A stretch of DNA of 64,000 bases from a virus (taxonomy: Duplodnaviria; Caudoviricetes). Below the pieces are notes generated by a model, which ran no database searches, had not been told where the DNA came from, and was given only the letters and a program-made list of their open reading frames with translations. A program made the translations under genes and the position numbers. The stretch's first letter is position 1. Every line of letters starts with the position of its first letter. The stretch lies in the IMG/VR virus record IMGVR_UViG_3300033066_000592, positions 10,265-74,264 of that record. The stretch is one strand, 5' to 3'. This document shows, in pieces, positions 24,636-33,204 of the stretch.

Positions 24636-27600
24636 ATGCTGACAGGCAAAACGGTGTCAGGCGGCAAGCTGCGCGTGCGCGTGCAGCCGCTGCCCTACGC
24701 GCATCTCCAGCAAGTGGCTGACGGTTTGACGCACGTGTTTACGACACGTATGCGAGAGCTGGAAGCCAAACTGAACGCGCGTCTCGCTCACACGGTAGAG
24801 CGTCTACAGCCAGCCGTGCTCATCGTGTCTGACGAACATCTGAGCAAAGCGGCTTCACCTAAGCAGAATGCATCTGGTCAAGCACGCGCGAAAGCCGGCG
24901 AGGGTCAGACGCGCACGTATCAGCGACCGCCAGGCGGTGTGAAGACGCCAGGCCAGCGCGGCGGCAAGTTCTACTACACGGCGACAGGCAAGCTTCGTTA
25001 CGGCGAGAAGCCGCAGCCGCAAGAACGTGAAGCCACGCACGAAGAGGTGCGCCAGCATTTTCAACACTTCCGGCCAACGCCATTCATGTCGAATTCTCGG
25101 GAGCACAAAGACCTGCTCCAGGCGATTCGTGATCTGAAGACCGGTGGCTTCGATGAGACAGATGACACGCTGCTCGGCTGGTGGGAGAAACACCAGAAGC
25201 AGTTCAACAAGCTATGGGGCCTGTCTGACGAGGATGTGGCCGGCGATCTGTCTGCGATCCAGCTACAAGACAACGACGGTCGAGAGCTGTCATATGAGCA
25301 GGCGGTTCATGAATTCCTGATGGATCAAGACTGGGGTGACGCCTCTGAAGCTGACGTAGAAGAGGCGCTGCGCGATGTCATGACGCGCTATCAGAATGCG
25401 CTACGTGACCCGGCCGTCATGAAGAAGGCCGAAGCCATCGCAGCGCAAGTGGACCAGCAGGTGTATGGCTGGTTCACGAACATGGAAGCGACAGCCGATC
25501 ACTATGACGGCCTGGCTGCGTCGCTGTCCGGTGATCCTGACGTCGCTGTTGCGAACATGACAGCGGCGCTTGGCGCTATGGAGCTGGTTTTCAAACCAGG
25601 CAAAGGCCAGAAAGCTGGCGATCTGACTGGTGCGATTGCGCCGAACAGCGGCTGGCTCGACGAAGGCGGATACCTATCGACGACAGGCGCCGATCGCGTA
25701 GCGAGTCTCAACGTCGGACAGCTTCTCGCTATCTACGCTGGCGCCAGGCTCAACGAGGCTTTCGATCCAGACACAGCGACCTACGACACGCTTCACGGTG
25801 GCAAAGGCCCGCAGTCAAAGCTGGCCGAAACTGTGCGCAAGCTCATCGCGCAGAAGCTGAAGCTGGACCCTGCGGGCGCGGTCATGACGACGGTGCTAGA
25901 TGGCGTTCACGCAACCATCGAGCGTCTGGCTACGACGTTCTCGAATGCCAACACAGGCCGTGACACGTCAGGTCTCGCCCGCAAGTTGCTCGACATGCCG
26001 AGCGACAAGCTCACCAAAGGTGGCGAGGGCGTTCAGAAGCTGATCGAGAAGGCGCAGAACTTCGAGCAGCTGAAGGCCGACGCGCTCAAGGCCCGTGAGG
26101 ACGAATCCTGGTCTGTGCCCGACACGATGCTCGAAGGCAACGTCGGCGGGAAGAAGATCAATCCGATCACAGGCAAACCGTTCGACCTGTTCAAGCACCA
26201 AAAACAAGCCATCAACTGGGCCAAGACTGTCAAGCGTGGGCTTCTTGCAGACGATGCCGGTATGGGCAAAACGGCCGAAGTGATTGGCATTTGCGAGTCG
26301 CTGAAGCAAGACGGCAAGATCAAGCGCGGCATCTTGTTCCTACCACCGTCGCTTCTTGCACAGTGGCCAAAAGAGATCATGAGCTTCGCGCCAGAGATGG
26401 CAAAAGGCGGGCGCATCCTGAACCTGTCTGGCCTGTCCCTGGAAGCTCGCAAGGCCGCGCTTCAGAGCGACATGGCCAAGAACGCCGAGTACATCCTCAT
26501 GAGCACGGGCTCACTTGCCTATGGCAAGTCCGAAGACGGCGAGGAGGATGGCGGTATGGATGAGGGCTTGGTGCAAGCTCTCGCGGATCTCGACGGCGCT
26601 GTGTTCATCGACGAAGTACATCAGGGCGGCTTCAAGACAGGTAGTCAGGGCGTCGCTGGTACGAAGGATTACAGACCGGGTAGTGTTAAGCATGAGATCA
26701 CGAAACGCATCATCGGTGAGCGTGATTACGCGTTTGGCATGACAGCTACACCATGTCCAAACAACCCGATGGACCTGTATCACTTGATAAACCTCTTTCA
26801 CCCAGGGTGTGTTGGGGATCAGGCTGAGTGGGAAGAGAAGTTGTCGGGCGTGAAGTGGGACGGCCATTCGTGGCGCATACCGCATCCTGAGAATGTGCAA
26901 GAGATTAACCGTCGTATTAAGCCGTTCGCGCTACACCGTTTGATCACGGACAAAGTTGTTGAAGAAGACATGGGCAAGCAACTCCCGCAGCTCACGTCTA
27001 ACGCGATAGACTTAGAGCCAGCGACGGCAAAGTGTCCCGTAACAGGTTGGAGTCAGCTTGATTACCTGCGACCTGGCGGTGTTTGCGATGCTTTGGCGCA
27101 GAAACGCTTAGAGATCATCAACGCGAAGCGTGAAAAAGCCGGAAAGCCTGTGTTGGAGGGTGTAGACGCAGAGACTACCGTGCGCATGATCCACATGGGC
27201 CTAGAGCGCCAGGCCGCTATCAGTCCAGAGCTGATAGATCCGCGCTACCGCGGTCCTGCCGCCAAGCTCGATCGCGTTGTTGCCGATGTCATCGCCCACT
27301 TCTCAGGCGGCGCTGGTCAGGAAGGCAAGCCGATCGTTCTGTTCGACAGCTTCCCTCGCAAGTCTTTTCCCGTCGTCAAGCGCAAGCTTGCGGAAGCCGG
27401 CATCGACGTGAGCGGCATCGGCGAGATCATGGGTGGCAAGTCAGCGCAAGAACGCGCTTTCATGCAGGATATGCTCAACGGTTATGAGCGTGTGAATCCT
27501 GCGACGAAAGAGAAGGAGTTCGTACCAGGTAAGCTCAAGGTGCTGCTCGTAGGTACGAAGGCTGGCGGCGCTGGTCTGAACCTACAAAAAGCGGCGAATC

Positions 27601-29018
27601 GCTCGATGTTTTTGAGCGAGCCGTGGGACCCCGCGAGCAAGCGCCAAGCACTTGGCCGCGTGTGGCGCACAGGGCAGAAGTCGCACTGTACCGCTGACAA
27701 CTACCGCATGATCGGTACCTACGATATGCGTGTGGAAAATAAGCTCGGCACCAAGCAGCTCATGACGACTGCTTTGCTGGGCGACGCTGACGTGGACTTC
27801 AATCAGAGTGCTGACGAGCACATCCAGCGTCTGACGGGCCGCGAACTTGGCGGCGAGAACATGAGCACCGAGCAGATGGCGGCTCTGTTGGCAAACGCTG
27901 GTAACTTCAGTATCGACGCCGATTCGCTGGGCGATGACTTCGATGACGTGAGCGAAGACTCGTTTGACGATTCTGAGTTCATGGACAAGAAGCTCAAGCG
28001 GTCAGAAGAAAAGAAGCTGGAGGCTGACCCAGCAAAGCGCGCCGCGCTTCAAAAGAAGGCGCCACAACTGGCCGAAGTCGTCGACATGAGTGCCGAGTCT
28101 GACAAGTGGCACGCAGAGGCGATGCGTCAGACGGCCAAACAGCGCTATGACATCGCGATGATGCAAGCGAAGGTCGCCGAGACGGCCGGTGACAAGCAGA
28201 TGGCCGACAAGGCACAGAAAGCAGCGGAGCGCGTTAAGGCAGCCTTTCCAGAAGCTTTCGGCGCTGTCGAGCGTAAAAAGCAGGAAGTCGACACGGACGA
28301 CCTGTTCGCCAAAAAGCAGCAAGCGAAAACCGAGTCGGTACAGCGTCAAGCGCAGACGGTAAACGAAGGCAAAGAGCCCACGCGCGGGGACATGAGCCTT
28401 GCTGCGGCCAACTATGTTGCGCGCAACAAAGATCACTTCAGTACCAAGCAGCGCAAGGCCGCGCAAGAAGTGATCACACAGGCAGAGCGCCTGGGCATCG
28501 ACAGTGATACGTGGCGACCTAACGAGGAGCGGCTTGACCGGCTCGCCAAGCACAAGGGCCAGATGCCCAAGATGGGCGACGTGCTCAAAGACCTCAAGCA
28601 GCGGTGGGCGGAACACAACTGGCTTGAAGCAAACGGTCACACGAAAGAAGCAAAGGCCGCACGCAAAGAGATCGATCAGCAGCATGGCTGGCTGCCTGAA
28701 GAGTTCGATGACGTGGCGTCTCAGCAGCAGCAAGAGATGGCGCACAAAGGCATTGGCGTGAAGCCGAAGAAGCCGGAAGGCTTTGTGGCACCTACGGCGT
28801 TTCCGGCCAAAAACCCCTTCAAGAAAAAAGAAGACCCTCTCGCTTACGACGCGATGGAACACCTGCTTGCGAAGCAGCCCAAGACGTATGACGATACGCA
28901 GGCAGCGCTACTCCAGCACGTCAAGAAGACGATGAAGGGCACACCCGAAGCGCTTAACAAGTTCGCCACGCAGGTGCACAAGTACCTGATCAAGAACAAG
29001 GGTTTGACCTATGGATGA
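24636..29018 (+). CDS. 1460-aa SNF2-family ATPase/helicase with long N- and C-terminal extensions
   Basis: LLADDAGMGKT, PPSLLAQWPKEI, IDEVH, MTATPCPNN, GTKAGGAGLNLQKA and QALGRVWRTGQ are SNF2 motifs I-VI. Shared module at 28833-29006. Confidence 0.92.
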   Translation: MLTGKTVSGGKLRVRVQPLPYAHLQQVADGLTHVFTTRMRELEAKLNARLAHTVERLQPAVLIVSDEHLSKAASPKQNASGQARAKAGEGQTRTYQRPPGGVKTPGQRGGKFYYTATGKLRYGEKPQPQEREATHEEVRQHFQHFRPTPFMSNSREHKDLLQAIRDLKTGGFDETDDTLLGWWEKHQKQFNKLWGLSDEDVAGDLSAIQLQDNDGRELSYEQAVHEFLMDQDWGDASEADVEEALRDVMTRYQNALRDPAVMKKAEAIAAQVDQQVYGWFTNMEATADHYDGLAASLSGDPDVAVANMTAALGAMELVFKPGKGQKAGDLTGAIAPNSGWLDEGGYLSTTGADRVASLNVGQLLAIYAGARLNEAFDPDTATYDTLHGGKGPQSKLAETVRKLIAQKLKLDPAGAVMTTVLDGVHATIERLATTFSNANTGRDTSGLARKLLDMPSDKLTKGGEGVQKLIEKAQNFEQLKADALKAREDESWSVPDTMLEGNVGGKKINPITGKPFDLFKHQKQAINWAKTVKRGLLADDAGMGKTAEVIGICESLKQDGKIKRGILFLPPSLLAQWPKEIMSFAPEMAKGGRILNLSGLSLEARKAALQSDMAKNAEYILMSTGSLAYGKSEDGEEDGGMDEGLVQALADLDGAVFIDEVHQGGFKTGSQGVAGTKDYRPGSVKHEITKRIIGERDYAFGMTATPCPNNPMDLYHLINLFHPGCVGDQAEWEEKLSGVKWDGHSWRIPHPENVQEINRRIKPFALHRLITDKVVEEDMGKQLPQLTSNAIDLEPATAKCPVTGWSQLDYLRPGGVCDALAQKRLEIINAKREKAGKPVLEGVDAETTVRMIHMGLERQAAISPELIDPRYRGPAAKLDRVVADVIAHFSGGAGQEGKPIVLFDSFPRKSFPVVKRKLAEAGIDVSGIGEIMGGKSAQERAFMQDMLNGYERVNPATKEKEFVPGKLKVLLVGTKAGGAGLNLQKAANRSMFLSEPWDPASKRQALGRVWRTGQKSHCTADNYRMIGTYDMRVENKLGTKQLMTTALLGDADVDFNQSADEHIQRLTGRELGGENMSTEQMAALLANAGNFSIDADSLGDDFDDVSEDSFDDSEFMDKKLKRSEEKKLEADPAKRAALQKKAPQLAEVVDMSAESDKWHAEAMRQTAKQRYDIAMMQAKVAETAGDKQMADKAQKAAERVKAAFPEAFGAVERKKQEVDTDDLFAKKQQAKTESVQRQAQTVNEGKEPTRGDMSLAAANYVARNKDHFSTKQRKAAQEVITQAERLGIDSDTWRPNEERLDRLAKHKGQMPKMGDVLKDLKQRWAEHNWLEANGHTKEAKAARKEIDQQHGWLPEEFDDVASQQQQEMAHKGIGVKPKKPEGFVAPTAFPAKNPFKKKEDPLAYDAMEHLLAKQPKTYDDTQAALLQHVKKTMKGTPEALNKFATQVHKYLIKNKGLTYG

Positions 29019-29409
29019 TCACGCGATTTTCGAACTCGTGCGCGCTGACGGTAAGAAGCGCGCACGAGTGACGACACCGAAAGACACGCTGCGCGTGCAC
29101 GACGCCGACGAGCTTCGTGCACAGCTTGATCACTACAGCAAGGCCAATGGTGTGACGTTCCTACGTCACGTGGTCGTTGACTCGCAGCAGGCACGTCTTC
29201 AGTACGTCAAGTACCTGCGACCGGCTTTGCGCTACTACTGCAAAAAGTTTGGCGTACAAGTGCCCGACTGGCTCAAGGCCGATACAGCTTTCTCAACGCT
29301 GTCCGCACACGAGCAGCACACGCTGTTCGGTGAAACGGTCAAGTTTCCTGTGCGTGAATTCGCAGAGGTGAACACGTCTGGTTCGAAGCAAGGAAAGATC
29401 GCGTCATGA
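29011..29409 (+). CDS. hypothetical protein
   Basis: 132 aa, coupled to neighbours on both sides. Confidence 0.65.
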   Translation: MDDHAIFELVRADGKKRARVTTPKDTLRVHDADELRAQLDHYSKANGVTFLRHVVVDSQQARLQYVKYLRPALRYYCKKFGVQVPDWLKADTAFSTLSAHEQHTLFGETVKFPVREFAEVNTSGSKQGKIAS

Positions 29410-30110
29410 GCGCCGGCCTTTTGGACCTGACAGTGCTGACGCGCGAGGTCGACGTAGAGTTCACGGCGTTCCTCTACGAACTTTTTGGGTCGGCCGTTGT
29501 CGACGCGGAAAGCGCCATGATCGCTCGGACTACCTTGCACAAGAAGTCCGAGCGCGTCGGTATGCAGCTGTTGGCTGAGGCGAATAGCAGTCGACCTACG
29601 CAGCGGTTAGCTCGTGAGCGGCTGGTTCTGCGGGCGCAGGCACTTCGTGACGACGTGCAGCGTGGCTTGACGCAGGCGTGGCTGTCTGCCGATGGCCAGC
29701 CGGTCGAGGCTCGCGTGGAATTTATGCGTCGCGAAATCGTGCCTCGTCTTGTGATGGACGCTGTGCGTGCATGGGTTCGCGTCGGCACGGCAGAGGTCTG
29801 GACGCTCTACCAGGAAGCGCGAGCACAGGAAATCGTCGATAGTACGGGCTTGCCTGATCCGTATGTGCACAAGATAGGTGCCGAAGACTGCTGTGAGTTC
29901 TGCGTGCATCTGTACGGCTCCGAGGGCAAATACAAGACGTACCGGCTGAGCGAACTGCGTGGGAACGGCACGAATGCGGGCCGCGAGCCTCGGCAGGAGG
30001 TTCTAGAGGGCAAGGTTGTGCCTGAACAGCATCGTGACTGGTTGCCTGTGCTGGGCTCTACGCACGGCTGGTGCAACTGTGCGTTGCAGGCGGCGGGAGC
30101 ACCTACGTGA
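29406..30110 (+). CDS. MuF/SPP1-gp7-like minor head morphogenesis protein
   Basis: DCCEFCVHLY...LSELRGNGTNAGR...WLPVLGSTHGWCNCAL corresponds to the CxxC...HPxCRC signature; located in the head module. Confidence 0.75.
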   Translation: MSAGLLDLTVLTREVDVEFTAFLYELFGSAVVDAESAMIARTTLHKKSERVGMQLLAEANSSRPTQRLARERLVLRAQALRDDVQRGLTQAWLSADGQPVEARVEFMRREIVPRLVMDAVRAWVRVGTAEVWTLYQEARAQEIVDSTGLPDPYVHKIGAEDCCEFCVHLYGSEGKYKTYRLSELRGNGTNAGREPRQEVLEGKVVPEQHRDWLPVLGSTHGWCNCALQAAGAPT

Positions 30111-30961
30111 GCGAGTCACCGTTTGCACGTGTGGTTCTGCACCAGAAACCTACAAAGCTGGAAACGCCAGATTCTGGCCGCACAGGCTTGGTGCGCATTG
30201 CGACGTACGAGGGCGGCACCAAAGCTGTGGTCCGTGTGCAGAGTCACGAGCTTGAAGGTAAGCGCACCAAGGGCTTCACCAAGCAAGACGGGCTGCCTGT
30301 GAAATCACAGCCCGTCAAAGACGCGGCCTACTACGCACTGGCGAAGCTGTTGCGTTGCGACGACATCGTGCCCGAAACGTTGCTGAAGATTACGCGACGC
30401 GGCAACGACGTTTCATACCAACGATTCGAGCGAGCACTGACACTGCGTGACCTAGAGCCGGCTTTACACAAGCTGGAAAAGGGCAGCGACGAGTGGCGTG
30501 CTGCGGCGGCACAAGCCATGAAAGTCGTCTCTGACGAAGACTGGCTCAAGGCAGCGCTGCTCGGCCTTGTTGCGGCTGACCGAGACAGGCATCTCAAGAA
30601 CTTTGGCGTGCGTGTCTTGGTTGAAGGAAACCGCATCGTCTATAGGCTCGTGCTGTGGGACAACGGCGTTTGTCTCGGACAAGCATTCAAGAAGTATCGC
30701 AGCGTCGTGCATGAGATCCTGCATGCTCGCAAACTGGTGTTCGGTGACGTCTTGGCGCGCGTAGACGACATACGTGCTGACGACGTGACAGACTTACTGG
30801 TTACGAACCGCATCCACCCGACGGAAGCACAGCAAGCCGGCAAGCGGCTTGACTTCGTGCGCCGATACCCCCACCGGATGCCTTGGAACATACTCACAGG
30901 CATGCCCGGCTATCCTGCCTATCGAAATTTCTTCAGAGGCGGGGTAGATTGGCGGGGATGA
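30107..30961 (+). CDS. PI3K/PI4K/HipA-like kinase-fold protein
   Basis: DAAYYALAKLLRCDDIVPET, ADRDRHLKN (DRH-x-x-N catalytic loop) and LVLWDNG (DxG). GTG start at 30107 overlaps the upstream TGA. Confidence 0.75.
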   Translation: MSESPFARVVLHQKPTKLETPDSGRTGLVRIATYEGGTKAVVRVQSHELEGKRTKGFTKQDGLPVKSQPVKDAAYYALAKLLRCDDIVPETLLKITRRGNDVSYQRFERALTLRDLEPALHKLEKGSDEWRAAAAQAMKVVSDEDWLKAALLGLVAADRDRHLKNFGVRVLVEGNRIVYRLVLWDNGVCLGQAFKKYRSVVHEILHARKLVFGDVLARVDDIRADDVTDLLVTNRIHPTEAQQAGKRLDFVRRYPHRMPWNILTGMPGYPAYRNFFRGGVDWRG

Positions 30962-31746
30962 GTACAGCACACGAGGTACAGCGTCTTCTTGAGGAGGACG
31001 AATTTTCGCTGTGGGTTCCGCCTACCGCGACGTCAGGCTTTACGCTCCTGTCGAAAGCTGGCGAAGTTCCTGCTGACGATGCCCCGCGCATCATTCACGG
31101 CTTCTGCACGACAGAGCACGAAGACCGGCAACAGGAAATCGTGATCGCCAAGGGCCTGGACTTCGCACCGTTCATCAAGCATGGCTGGTTCAACGACAAT
31201 CACTCGCCACGAACGGCCGACGTGTTGGGCTGGCCTATCGAAGCTCGTCTCTACGAAGACAAAGGCTGGTACACGAAAGGCCAGCTTCTGAAGGGCAAAA
31301 AAGCCGCTGACGACGTATGGGAACTGGCTGTCGCCCTTTTCAAGAGTGGTAGCCCTCGACGCCTGGGCTTTTCGATCGAAGGCAAAGCGACGTTGCGCAA
31401 TGCAGCAAATCGCATTGTCAAAGGCGTTGTGCGTCATGTCGCCATCACGCGCGATCCTGTGAACCCGAACTGTCAGCTCGACGTGCTGTGCAAGGCTTTC
31501 GCGCCGTCGGAAGAAATCGAGCGCGCCTACACGATCAGCAAGGCCGCGATGATCGGCCATCAACATCCCGTTATGCACGGTCACGCAGCTCTTGTGCCTG
31601 CAAACTTGGAAGCTGCACGTATCATCCGACGAAAACAAAAACGTTTGTCGAAGGCAGACGTAGAACATCTCGTACGTCAAGAGATGCAAATGTCCGACGC
31701 CTCCGTGATGCGCGTCGTGGACTGGATCATGTCGCAACAACAGTGA
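30958..31746 (+). CDS. prohead (capsid maturation) protease
   Basis: IIHGFCTTEHEDRQQEIV, GWFNDNH, LGFSIEG and VAITRDPVNP match the HK97/herpes-fold protease (His and Ser motifs). Confidence 0.9.
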   Translation: MSTAHEVQRLLEEDEFSLWVPPTATSGFTLLSKAGEVPADDAPRIIHGFCTTEHEDRQQEIVIAKGLDFAPFIKHGWFNDNHSPRTADVLGWPIEARLYEDKGWYTKGQLLKGKKAADDVWELAVALFKSGSPRRLGFSIEGKATLRNAANRIVKGVVRHVAITRDPVNPNCQLDVLCKAFAPSEEIERAYTISKAAMIGHQHPVMHGHAALVPANLEAARIIRRKQKRLSKADVEHLVRQEMQMSDASVMRVVDWIMSQQQ

Positions 31747-31753
31747 GGACCAG

Positions 31754-32125
31754 ATGAACAAGGCACCGACGCAGACCACTCGCCGTATCAACCTGACCGA
31801 TCCCCAGATCAAGCTGTTTCAGCTGGCGAGCGGTCAGAGTTTTACGATCCCGGAATCGATCGACATCCCTCCGATGCCGAACAACCTGATGGCTGCGGCC
31901 ACCAGTCGGCGCGCCACTGGCGGTGAGATTTTTGGCTTCACCGATGACCAGGGCGTCATCGAGCCGCATCGGGATTTCGGCCTCGTGCTGAAGCCTGGCG
32001 ATCGGCTGGTGCACGGTGCCATCGGCGCGGTGGCCGCGAACACTTCGATCCTGTACGTCAACGACGTCGAAGTGCTGCGAATCACGTGCAGCGACATCAG
32101 CGTGGTGCTCGGCTTCTACAGCTAG
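31754..32125 (+). CDS. hypothetical head-module protein
   Basis: RBS GAGG; high-expression-type codons; lies between protease and scaffold. Confidence 0.7.
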   Translation: MNKAPTQTTRRINLTDPQIKLFQLASGQSFTIPESIDIPPMPNNLMAAATSRRATGGEIFGFTDDQGVIEPHRDFGLVLKPGDRLVHGAIGAVAANTSILYVNDVEVLRITCSDISVVLGFYS

Positions 32126-32174
32126 GCGCTGTCGTTTCACATCACCGAACGCTGAAAAGCACTGGAGCTTCAAG

Positions 32175-33140
32175 ATGGGTAAGAAAGCAGTTTCAGACGA
32201 GACGGTTACGGCAGCGCTGGCACAGCTGCGATCCAAGATCGCCAAGAGCCAAGGCGGCGATGCCCTGGCGAGCGCCGATACGGAGGGTGGGCTGTCCTCC
32301 GAAGGTGAAGACATGAGCAAGCTGGGCAAAGGCAAGGCCGGCAAGGTCGCCAAAGGCAAGAAGCCACCGATGAAGAAGATGTATTCGGAGTCGGATAAAG
32401 ATCCCGACGAGTCGTCTGACGATGACGAATCGAGTGACGACGAGTCTTCGCCCGCAGCGCCGCCTGTCAAGAAGGGCATGCCGGAGTCTGACGAGTCGTC
32501 CGACGAAGAGTCATCCGACGACGAGGAGTCTTCGCCTGCGCCGACCGTCAACAAGAGCAAGAAGCGCGTTCGCAAGTCGCTCGTCGATCGCGTCGAGGAC
32601 GACACGGATTTGCGCAAGGGCTTCGCCGCCAATGCGTTCCTGAAGTCGATGACGGAACGCCTGTCGGACACCGTCGAAGACTATCGCGACGAGCTGCGCA
32701 AGTCGTACGGCGAGCTGTCCGAGCAGGTCGATGGTCTGGGCGAGAACTTCGCGGGCATGCACGAGAACATCAGCGCTCTGGCGGCCGACAACGCGCGACT
32801 GAAGAAGGGCATGGATGTGCTTGCGGAGGGCCTGACTGAGGCGCTGTCGCTGCTCGAACGCATTGCCAAGGCGCCTACGAGCAGCGGTCCACGCAGCGTT
32901 CTGCGCAAAGGGGATGTCGTGGAGCCGTCGCGGCTCAATGACGGCGGTGATGATTCGCTGAACCCCGCGCAGCACAGCAATCTCGTCAAGTCGTACCTGC
33001 TAGAGAAGATCGAGAAGGGCGAAGTGGCCAGCACGGTCATGGCTGCCTGGGAGCAGATGGGCAACGTCGAGTATTTGCCCTCGAATGTCATGAACAAGAT
33101 GCTGGCCGATTTCCAGGCCGGCTGGAAGCCCAAGGCGTAA
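32175..33140 (+). CDS. scaffolding protein
   Basis: Directly upstream of the capsid gene; acidic S/D/E repeats and coiled-coil; many hydrophobic-x-K-[SAG] motifs (IAKS, VRKS, LRKG, FLKS, LRKS, LVKS). RBS GGAG before ATG 32175. Confidence 0.75.
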   Translation: MGKKAVSDETVTAALAQLRSKIAKSQGGDALASADTEGGLSSEGEDMSKLGKGKAGKVAKGKKPPMKKMYSESDKDPDESSDDDESSDDESSPAAPPVKKGMPESDESSDEESSDDEESSPAPTVNKSKKRVRKSLVDRVEDDTDLRKGFAANAFLKSMTERLSDTVEDYRDELRKSYGELSEQVDGLGENFAGMHENISALAADNARLKKGMDVLAEGLTEALSLLERIAKAPTSSGPRSVLRKGDVVEPSRLNDGGDDSLNPAQHSNLVKSYLLEKIEKGEVASTVMAAWEQMGNVEYLPSNVMNKMLADFQAGWKPKA

Positions 33141-33149
33141 GCCGCCGCT

Positions 33150-33172
33150 GAGGCAGCTATCTCGGCTGCCTC
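33150..33172 (+). other. RNA hairpin between scaffold and capsid genes
   Basis: Perfect 8-bp stem GAGGCAGC / GCTGCCTC with a 7-nt loop and no U-tract. A processing or stabilising role is inference. Confidence 0.5.
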
Positions 33173-33204
33173 TCAACGCAAACCAGGAACAAGGAACAGA
33201 GAGT

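Noticed and set aside
26640-27240. Intein or intron in the SNF2 gene
   Set aside because: No C...HN splice motifs or LAGLIDADG sequence, and the segment itself encodes helicase motif III in frame.
28180-28225. GDKQMADKAQK in SNF2 resembling GDKDTADKALK in the 13388 protein
   Set aside because: An 11-aa match in Lys/Ala-rich helical sequence with no flanking similarity; chance cannot be excluded.
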